Source of the DNA: Candidatus Methanoperedens sp.
GTDB taxonomy: Archaea; Halobacteriota; Methanosarcinia; Methanosarcinales; Methanoperedenaceae
DNA length: 32,000 nucleotides
Reading direction: 5' to 3'
Assembly (NCBI GenBank): GCA_027460535.1
Contig: JAPZAR010000025.1
Coordinates: 1-32,000 of the forward strand
Of this stretch, positions 25,237 to 32,000 are shown piece by piece; positions within the stretch are counted from its first letter, which is position 1, and each line of letters opens with the position of its first letter. The notes below the pieces were generated by a model, which saw nothing but the letters and a program-made list of their open reading frames with translations, was not told where the DNA came from and ran no database searches. The position numbers and the translations under genes were made by a program.

Positions 25237-26055
25237 ATGTTTAATTACATTTCCAAGAAACTCGAGTTCAGTCACGTAAGCTCCAGATTTTTTATTCTTT
25301 TGATCTTTATTGCCATCATTGTGTCCGAGTATATATTTGCATTCAGGGATGTAAGCTACGGAATAGTGCTCTCTCTCTTTATTACGATCGCAATTTATGT
25401 CACAATATCAGTCACCAGGATGGAAGGAGATTTCGTAAATTCGGCAGAATCTCTTGCGCTAATACCAATTTATGTGCTTTTTACCTCATCCCTCCCCTGG
25501 TTTTTCATCAACCAGCAGTACCTCTTACCTGCGGTTTACTCTTTGATCCTTGCCCTCTGCTTCTGGCACATAAACGAGCGCAATATAGACCTTCGTGAGC
25601 TTGGGTTCCGTTCAGAAGGCGCACTGAAATACGCTCTCATCGGTGCAGCATTAGGTATTCCAACCGGGATTATGGAATATTTAATCCTCATGCCTTCACC
25701 ATCATTCCCATCTTTTGAAATCACGATTTTGTTTCGTGATGTGCTTTATATGCTGTTATTTGTCGCTCTGGCAGAAGAACTCCTGTTCAGAGGCATTATA
25801 ATGAATGACCTGAAAAAAGTGTTCGGCTTGAGAACAGCGATCCTGGCACAGGGTGCTATATTCGGAATCATGCATATGACATGGCGCTCATCCTATGAGA
25901 TCGCATTCACTTTTTTCGCGGGTGTACTTCTGGGATACTTTTATTACAGAACAAGAAGTCTCGTCGGTCCAATAGTAATGCACGGAATGAATAATATTAT
26001 TCTCGTCTCCTTGATGCCGTATATATTTCCCGTTGTCCAAAAGTGGTTTGCATGA
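25237..26055 (+). CDS. CPBP-family intramembrane glutamic endopeptidase (CAAX protease/Abi-like)
   Basis: 272 aa and polytopic. All three family motifs are present: LAEELLFRG (EExxxR), IFGIMHM (FxxxH) and VMHGMNNI (HxxxN). Confidence 0.85.
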   Translation: MFNYISKKLEFSHVSSRFFILLIFIAIIVSEYIFAFRDVSYGIVLSLFITIAIYVTISVTRMEGDFVNSAESLALIPIYVLFTSSLPWFFINQQYLLPAVYSLILALCFWHINERNIDLRELGFRSEGALKYALIGAALGIPTGIMEYLILMPSPSFPSFEITILFRDVLYMLLFVALAEELLFRGIIMNDLKKVFGLRTAILAQGAIFGIMHMTWRSSYEIAFTFFAGVLLGYFYYRTRSLVGPIVMHGMNNIILVSLMPYIFPVVQKWFA

Positions 26056-26810
26056 AGGCCGGGCTCAGGGTCGATGTTGACTGTATCGCTGATGCTCTGG
26101 CACTTCCTGCACTTTTTGATATTCTCGAAAGATATGATTCCAGAGCAACTTTTTTTATTGCTACAGGTCCCGATGATACATTTCGGAATATCGGGCACTA
26201 TGCAGGAAAAAAAATCTTTGACCTGCCTCTCAGAAGATATGGAATGGGGTTTTTCCACGGGCTTTTAAAGAAACATGTGGAATCACATCCTAATCTTAAA
26301 ATTCTCATTGATACCGACCATGAGATAGGGCTTCATGGTTACAGGCATTACGAATGGATGAATTTTCTTCAAGGGAAAAGAAGGGAGGAGGTATCGACAA
26401 TGATATCAAAAGGGTGCGAGCTGTTCGAAAATGAGTTCAGCTTCCCTCCAAGCTCGTTTGCCTCACCAGGTTTTCGGACCAGCAATGAATACTTCCTCGC
26501 ACTCGATGATTTTGGTTTTGATTATTCCAGCGACTTTTATGGTGACAGAGTATTTTATCCGGAAATAAATGGCAAGAGTCTAAAAACCATGCAGGTTCCA
26601 GTTAGCATGCCCTCACCGGGCGAATTAGGCGCAGATGACAGCTATATAATAACGAGGGTAAAAGAGCTTTGTAAGAGCGAATATTTTGTTTTCTACATTC
26701 ATCCCTCTTATGAAACCGTCTTTAAAAAGAACCTTTTAGAGCAAATCCTGAACCTTACTGGAGGGACCATAACACTTTCGGAGATTCATGAAAATCCTTC
26801 AGATATATGA
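26052..26810 (+). CDS. Polysaccharide deacetylase/deformylase family protein (ArnD-like)
   Basis: The track ORF starts at GTG 26043. I prefer ATG 26052, which forms an ATGA overlap with the CPBP stop. MKAGLRVDVDCIADALALPALFDILERYDSRATFFIATGPD and HEIGLHGYRHYEW resemble ArnD-type NodB-fold deacetylases. Confidence 0.7.
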   Translation: MKAGLRVDVDCIADALALPALFDILERYDSRATFFIATGPDDTFRNIGHYAGKKIFDLPLRRYGMGFFHGLLKKHVESHPNLKILIDTDHEIGLHGYRHYEWMNFLQGKRREEVSTMISKGCELFENEFSFPPSSFASPGFRTSNEYFLALDDFGFDYSSDFYGDRVFYPEINGKSLKTMQVPVSMPSPGELGADDSYIITRVKELCKSEYFVFYIHPSYETVFKKNLLEQILNLTGGTITLSEIHENPSDI

Positions 26811-27948
26811 GCTTGATCCGCTGAAACGAATTGGGGGCGTGGAGGTTGCTATTTTCGAACTCTCGCGCCACCTTGCTGCGCTGGGGCATGAGGTAACTGT
26901 TGTATCAGGAGCAGATGGAACATGTGGAGAATACATGCAGGATGGAGTTCACTTTATTAACATGGATTTCTGTAATATTCTTAGAGTTGCCCGCTCCCGT
27001 GGCGGACTTTCGCTTGCCAGGCAAGCTGCATTTCTACCCGTCGTACTCTCAAAAAAACTGAGCGGATATGACATATACCACGGGCATGTGTACACTTCCG
27101 GGATCGCTGCGAACATCCTTGCAAGAAGGTACGGCGGGGTTGCCGTGAATACTATTCATGGCTCCTACTATCCAGAATGGGATTTACTCGTGAACCCTGC
27201 GGCTGCTGTATTCTATAGATCGGTAGAACGCATCCTTGCGCCTGCGCTCGCCCATATGTCTGACGTTCAAATCCATACAGGCGGTTACTTTGCTCAACAA
27301 GTACTCAGATGGGGTGCACAAACAGAAAAGATCAAAGTGATTTACAATGGGGTTGATGTCAAGAAGTTCCATCCGGGAATTAAACCGGTTCCCTCTGCCT
27401 ACCCATGCCCTGTCCTTGTGACAGCAAGGAGGCTTGTCAGAAAAAACGGTGTGGACAGACTTATACGCTTCATGCCTTTCATACTCGAGAATAAGGAGTG
27501 CAGGCTTCTTATAATAGGCGATGGACCCGAACGCCACAATCTATTGCACCTGGCTGATGAGCTTGGCATAAAAGAAAGCGTGGATTTTCTGGGTGCAATA
27601 CCTCATAAGAACATAGCAGAATACATTGCATTGGCGGACATCGCAGTGATACCCAGTATAGTGGAGGCTTCAAGTATCTTTATGCTTGAAGCCATGGCGA
27701 TGTGCAAGCCTGTTGTTGCTACGGGTGCATGGGGACTTGAAGAAATCATAAACGGAAAGAATGGTGTGCTCACGGATGCCGAGCACCTCGGAGAAGAAAT
27801 TGTGGCGCTCCTCTCCGACGAGCGCAGGTTAAAGGAAATTGGGAATAACGCACGCAGTTATGTGATCGAAAACCATGCCTGGGAAAAGATTGCAAAACGT
27901 ATAGAAAACGAATATCTCAGGCTTTTGCAATGCAGACCATCCATTTGA
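26788..27948 (+). CDS. GT4-family glycosyltransferase
   Basis: 386 aa. The N-terminus reads MKILQIYELDPLKRIGGVEVAIFELSRHLAALGHEVTVV. The catalytic region reads EASSIFMLEAMAMCKPVVATGAWGLEEIINGKNGVL. It overlaps the deacetylase 3' end by 23 nt. Confidence 0.85.
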   Translation: MKILQIYELDPLKRIGGVEVAIFELSRHLAALGHEVTVVSGADGTCGEYMQDGVHFINMDFCNILRVARSRGGLSLARQAAFLPVVLSKKLSGYDIYHGHVYTSGIAANILARRYGGVAVNTIHGSYYPEWDLLVNPAAAVFYRSVERILAPALAHMSDVQIHTGGYFAQQVLRWGAQTEKIKVIYNGVDVKKFHPGIKPVPSAYPCPVLVTARRLVRKNGVDRLIRFMPFILENKECRLLIIGDGPERHNLLHLADELGIKESVDFLGAIPHKNIAEYIALADIAVIPSIVEASSIFMLEAMAMCKPVVATGAWGLEEIINGKNGVLTDAEHLGEEIVALLSDERRLKEIGNNARSYVIENHAWEKIAKRIENEYLRLLQCRPSI

Positions 27949-28047
27949 GATCTTTCTAAAGCAAAAAGGCATCAGCAGATGTTGTGAGGCTTTCATTTAG
28001 AACACCTCATACGTACTGAAGCGGACAATCTTTGGAATAGTCTACAC

Positions 28048-29373
28048 TTACCCGCTCCCTCCAACAGTAGCTTTCTTTACAAGCACATGCGGCGCCCCGT
28101 CGCTAACAGGCACAAGCTGCCCCGCTTTCCCGCATCTTCCAGAGTTCATCTCTAGATCGTTCCCTATCATGACCACGCTATCCAATATCTCAAGTGTATG
28201 CCCCGATAATGAAACATCCCTCAGCGGTCTGGCGATCTCGCCGTTCTCGACCATGAACCCGCGTTCTGCATTGAACTGGAACACTCCCTCGCCGGGATTG
28301 ACCTGGCCCCCGCGGGAGCCCATGAGATATATCCCGTTCTTTAATTCAGAGAGCATCTCCTCGAATTTTGTTCCATCTGGAGCTATGAAGGTGTTGCTCA
28401 TCCTTATGATAGGGCGGGCATAGCCCTGGGAACGGGAATTCCTGCTCTCTCCTCCCAGTTTGCCAGCAGTTTCCCTTGAATGTATATACGCCTTAAGCAC
28501 TCCGTTCTCTATCACGCTTGTTCTCCTGGAATTAGCCCCCTCGTCATCAAAAGGGTAATAGCCGAACTCATGAAGAGAGGGATCGTCATATACTGTTATA
28601 AGTGGAGAGGCGATCCGTTCTCCTATCTTGCCTGCAAGTATGGAATTGTCCTCCAGAACATGGTCGGCCTCTACAGCGTGTCCCACGGCCTCATGAATGA
28701 ATACACCCGCCAGTTCCTGGTCAAGGATAACCGGGTATGTACCGCCTTTTGGGGTTGATGCAGAGAGAAGTTCGACTGCTGTAGTGGCCGCTTTTCGCGC
28801 AAGCTCAAATGCATCATGCTTTTTAAAGATCTCAAAGCCCATTACTCCGAACCTGCTTTCCCTTCCTATCTGATATATCCCTTCTGACTGGGCAACCGCG
28901 CTCACGGCAAAGCCCACCCTGTTCAATGTGTATTCGCAATCCAGCCCTTCTGAATTTGAATAGCCGACCGTCAGAAGCGATTCCGAATAAACAGCGCTTG
29001 TGCTTTTTATCCCTTCGATGCGGGCAGTTTTTTCAATTTCCAAAAGCAGCTTTACTTTATTCTCTATGGGAATATCCTCAGGGTTCTCCAGTACCTCCGG
29101 AAGGTTCTGCAATGTCGGTTTCTCTACCGGTGCGAGATTTATTTCATCTCTCGGTCTCTTGTTCTTTGCTGCCTCCGCAAGCCTTCTTGCAGAGCCAAGG
29201 GCTGCCTCCAGGCCTTCCGGGTTATCCTTCGATACATAGCCCCATGATCCTCCGCAGAGAACCCTGACCGCGGCTCCGCTTGAGAAATTATTTGTGATCT
29301 CCCGGATCTCCCCATTATCCAGAACAATAGCTGTGGAGACGCTTCTTATAATACGGGTATCGTAAAAATCCAT
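28048..29373 (-). CDS. tldD: TldD-type zinc metalloprotease (TldD/PmbA family)
   Basis: 441 aa. HEAVGHAVEADH is the HExxxH motif that distinguishes TldD from PmbA/TldE. The C-terminal GRCGKAGQLVPVSDGAPHVLV is typical of the family. Confidence 0.85.
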   Translation of the reverse strand: MDFYDTRIIRSVSTAIVLDNGEIREITNNFSSGAAVRVLCGGSWGYVSKDNPEGLEAALGSARRLAEAAKNKRPRDEINLAPVEKPTLQNLPEVLENPEDIPIENKVKLLLEIEKTARIEGIKSTSAVYSESLLTVGYSNSEGLDCEYTLNRVGFAVSAVAQSEGIYQIGRESRFGVMGFEIFKKHDAFELARKAATTAVELLSASTPKGGTYPVILDQELAGVFIHEAVGHAVEADHVLEDNSILAGKIGERIASPLITVYDDPSLHEFGYYPFDDEGANSRRTSVIENGVLKAYIHSRETAGKLGGESRNSRSQGYARPIIRMSNTFIAPDGTKFEEMLSELKNGIYLMGSRGGQVNPGEGVFQFNAERGFMVENGEIARPLRDVSLSGHTLEILDSVVMIGNDLEMNSGRCGKAGQLVPVSDGAPHVLVKKATVGGSG

Positions 29374-29380
29374 GGGTCTC

Positions 29381-31294
29381 TCACAGGATAGTAACCGGCC
29401 TTGTTTCCGGCAGGGCTATGTTGAATTTGGTTCTGGAGGCAAGTTTCTTAAGCGTGGAGATAAAACCTTCCTTTTCTACGCCCACGAGGCTGTATTCCAG
29501 TACCTCCTCAATATTCGTCACCGGGATGATCTTGATTATATCCTTGAATTCATCCTCAATGAGCACATCGCCCATGTTAGATTTTGGAATTATCACAGTC
29601 TTTATCCCTGCCTGGGCTGCTGCTTCGATCTTGTAGGTGACACCACCCACTGGCAGCACATCACCCCTGACAGAGAGCGATCCTGTCATGGCTACGCTCT
29701 GATCCACCGGTATTCCCTGGATAGCGGAAAGAACCGCGGTAGCTATGGATATGCTGGCCGAATCGCCTTCCACTCCTTCATACGTGCCCACGAACTGGAT
29801 GTGCACATCCATACTCGATATATCCTTGCCCGTGGTTTTCTTGATCAGCGCGGAAACATTCTGGACAGCTTCCTTTGCAATGTTCTTAAGCATGCCAGTG
29901 GCGATAATGTGGCCTTCGGATATAGACTGGGTGGGCGTGACCTCAGCTATTATGGGAAGCACTATTCCCGAATCCTCACCCATCACGGCAAGACCGTTGA
30001 CCCGGCCTATCTGCGCACCTTCCTTCACGAACAGCCTGTAATCTTTCCTGCGTTCAAGATACTGGTGCGCAAGCTGCTGTTCGACCGAGCGTGCAATGCT
30101 TTTTGCTTTCAATACATGTTGGGCCGTCGTGATCTGCGCCTTTTCACCGTGGGCTATATCCCCGGCCACGCGCACAAGCCCGCCGAGGTCCCTGAGCTTT
30201 AGGGTGAGATGTCCTTTCCTGCCCGCCCTGCGCCTCGCTTCCCTGAGGATCTCTTCGACAGCGCCCCTGTCAAAATGTGGAATTTTACCATCCTTCACCA
30301 CTTCTTGCGCAACGAAACGAACAAGCTTCTGCCTGTTCTCGGGAGTATCTTCCATCGTATCGCTCATGTATATCTCATAGCCGTATCCCTTGATACGGGA
30401 ACGCAATGCCGGATGCATGCCTTTGAGGGCATCCAGGTTCCCTGCGGCGATCATGATAAAGTCTGTGGGAACGGGGTCGGTTTTTACCATTGCTCCGCTT
30501 GATCTCTCAGACTGGCCTGTGATCGCAAATTCTTTTTCCTGAAGGGCTGTGAGGAGATTCTGCTGCGATTCGATACGCAGTGTGTTTATTTCATCGATGA
30601 ACAGGACACCTTTGTGTGCTTTATGGATTGCCCCGCTTTCGACCCTGTCATGGGCCGGGGTCTCAAGACCACCGGATTGGAACGGGTCATGGCGCACATC
30701 ACCCAGGAGAGCTCCAGCATGTGCCCCTGTGGCGTCGATATACGGTGCTATCTCCTTACCGGCATTTGAAACAAGAAGTTTGGGAATGAAAATGGTTTCT
30801 TTAGGCATGAACTGTCGCATCATTATGGCGATCAAAACAGCCGCAATGATCCCCCAGAGCAGCATCCCGGTATAAAATGAATATGCCACAATTCCAAGAA
30901 CAAGAAGCATAACGAACATATTCCTGGCCTGCATCCTCTTCTGGGCTTCCAGCTTGTGGGCGTCGGTTATTTCTTTACCTTTCCCGGCAGGAACGATACG
31001 TATCTTGGGATTGTTGGAGTCTTCAGGATTGTGATATATAAGAACATCCTGCAACTCTTCCTTTGGAAGCAATTCGGCCATCGCCTTGGCTAGCATCGAT
31101 TTACCTGTGCCCGGAGTTCCGAGCATCATCACATGCCTTCGCTGGTTAGCCGCCTTCTTTACAACTTCCACGGCATGTTCCTGGCCTATGACCTGTTCTA
31201 TTAACTGTTTTGGAACCTCGATATCTTTTGTGGATGTTATTTCTAATCCGCCAAGAAGGTCCTGGTTCTTCACTTCATTTTCAGCATTTTCCAT
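29381..31294 (-). CDS. lonB: Archaeal membrane-bound ATP-dependent Lon protease (LonB type)
   Basis: 637 aa. Walker A is MLGTPGTGKSM. Two TM helices (MFVMLLVLGIVAYSFYTGMLLWGIIAAVLIAIMM) are inserted before Walker B (VLFIDEIN). The protease domain has GVEGDSASISIATAVLSA (catalytic Ser) and GGVTYKIEAA (Lys). Confidence 0.95.
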   Translation of the reverse strand: MENAENEVKNQDLLGGLEITSTKDIEVPKQLIEQVIGQEHAVEVVKKAANQRRHVMMLGTPGTGKSMLAKAMAELLPKEELQDVLIYHNPEDSNNPKIRIVPAGKGKEITDAHKLEAQKRMQARNMFVMLLVLGIVAYSFYTGMLLWGIIAAVLIAIMMRQFMPKETIFIPKLLVSNAGKEIAPYIDATGAHAGALLGDVRHDPFQSGGLETPAHDRVESGAIHKAHKGVLFIDEINTLRIESQQNLLTALQEKEFAITGQSERSSGAMVKTDPVPTDFIMIAAGNLDALKGMHPALRSRIKGYGYEIYMSDTMEDTPENRQKLVRFVAQEVVKDGKIPHFDRGAVEEILREARRRAGRKGHLTLKLRDLGGLVRVAGDIAHGEKAQITTAQHVLKAKSIARSVEQQLAHQYLERRKDYRLFVKEGAQIGRVNGLAVMGEDSGIVLPIIAEVTPTQSISEGHIIATGMLKNIAKEAVQNVSALIKKTTGKDISSMDVHIQFVGTYEGVEGDSASISIATAVLSAIQGIPVDQSVAMTGSLSVRGDVLPVGGVTYKIEAAAQAGIKTVIIPKSNMGDVLIEDEFKDIIKIIPVTNIEEVLEYSLVGVEKEGFISTLKKLASRTKFNIALPETRPVTIL

Positions 31295-31469
31295 GTATTA
31301 CCAACTGATTAAAAGATATATCTCATCTTATTCATTATAACATTATCGCAGATTTGGGCTCTATTCTAATAAAAATGCACTCTTATATTCTTTTCGCAGC
31401 TTTCCACAAAGTCTATACGATTTATTTGACAATATACTACTGAATACTTAAAACCTGTGGAGGAATTTC

Positions 31470-32000
31470 ATGAAAACTTCAATCCAGATAGGGAGAATAA
31501 TGGGAATACCCATCAAATTACATATAACATTTCTTCTGATCCTGCCTGTATTTGCATGGATATTTTCAATCAATCCATCAAGGTTTGGTTTTAATGATAT
31601 AGAACCTGCATGGTTCAGGTACTCTCTTTCTTTAATTGCTGCAATCTCGCTTTTCGTTTGCGTATTATTGCATGAACTGGGGCATTCCTATATAGCTAAA
31701 AGCCATGGGGTGGGCATCCAGAGTATAACGCTTTTCCTCTTCGGAGGGGTTTCATCTATGGAGGAGATCCCAAGAGACCCAAAGACGGAGTTGAAGATGG
31801 CACTTGCAGGTCCCGGAGTCAGCCTTTTTATCGGCATATTGCTTGCAATATTATATTTGCTTTTTAAACCCACAGGTGAATCCTATCTGTCCTATTTATT
31901 TATACAAGTGACTGATATTGGTTATCTGAGACTTGTATGGCTTGTAGGATATATTAATATTGTGCTTTTCTTCTTCAATCTCCTTCCCGCCTTTCCAATG
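31470..32000 (+). CDS. Site-2 protease family (M50) intramembrane zinc metalloprotease, C-terminus off window
   Basis: Absent from the track because there is no stop in the window. The ATG at 31470 is preceded by GGAGG (31459-31463). MKTSIQIGRIMGIPIKLHITFLLILPVF... contains HELGH, and the window ends inside the NLLPAFPM(DG) motif. 177 complete codons are visible. Confidence 0.85.
   Translation, partial: MKTSIQIGRIMGIPIKLHITFLLILPVFAWIFSINPSRFGFNDIEPAWFRYSLSLIAAISLFVCVLLHELGHSYIAKSHGVGIQSITLFLFGGVSSMEEIPRDPKTELKMALAGPGVSLFIGILLAILYLLFKPTGESYLSYLFIQVTDIGYLRLVWLVGYINIVLFFFNLLPAFPM

Noticed and set aside
29372-30875. Long plus-strand ORFs (276 aa at 29372..30202, plus 29418.., 29745.., 30096.., 30209.., 30549..) opposite the Lon gene
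   Set aside because: They lie entirely antisense to a very well-supported LonB CDS. Their translations are low-complexity and Ser/Pro/Arg/Cys-rich with no recognisable motifs. These are typical shadow ORFs of a GC-richer gene.
13328-31294. BREX-like defence (PglZ-type alkaline phosphatase plus Lon-like BrxL plus methyltransferase)
   Set aside because: The genes are 15 kb apart in unrelated operons. The Lon is the canonical membrane-inserted archaeal LonB. No PglX, BrxC or BrxA-like genes are present.
1-32000. Search for CRISPR arrays, tRNA or rRNA genes, and intact IS elements
   Set aside because: I saw no regularly spaced direct repeats, no cloverleaf-like GC-rich 70-90-nt segments in the intergenic regions, and no rRNA-like sequence. 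The only transposase signal is the ~42-codon remnant at 6901-7029.

Overview
The window looks archaeal. It carries a LonB-type Lon protease with a membrane insertion, an archaeosortase, and AT-rich TATA-like intergenic regions. A Methanosarcinales-like methanogen or ANME relative is my guess, but the sequence alone cannot prove the taxon.

Layout:
(i) 1-4775, minus strand: the first ~1590 codons of a giant secreted surface protein rich in N-glycosylation sequons. The ORF track misses it because it runs off the window.
(ii) 4.8-7.1 kb: a decayed junction holding a chimeric membrane-hydrolase/CBM-like gene and a transposase C-terminal remnant.
(iii) 7.1-19.95 kb: a very AT-rich glycan-assembly island. 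It has a Wzx-like flippase, four GT4 glycosyltransferases, a deacetylase, a methyltransferase and a 629-aa polytopic membrane protein. It also has an unusual trio of an NPP/alkaline-phosphatase-family enzyme, a Tmk-like kinase and a radical SAM/SPASM enzyme. Most genes are translationally coupled on the minus strand.
(iv) At 19.95 kb the GC content jumps from ~30% to ~55% across a 21-nt spacer. This is followed by wecB, a DPM-synthase-like GT2 whose conserved N-terminus has no canonical start codon, and an unlisted 59-codon Cys-rich ORF with its own hairpin terminator.
(v) 22.4-25.0 kb: a four-gene archaeosortase cassette with an adjacent protein carrying a PEF-type C-terminal sorting signal. 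It is divergent from a CPBP protease / deacetylase / GT4 operon.
(vi) TldD, LonB and the 5' part of a site-2 protease.

The best candidates for something undescribed are the dedicated archaeosortase cassette with its CPBP/glycan neighbourhood, and the phosphatase-kinase-radical SAM module inside the low-GC glycan island. I saw no rRNA, tRNA or CRISPR array. All family calls rest on motifs I read by eye and need HMM or BLAST confirmation.
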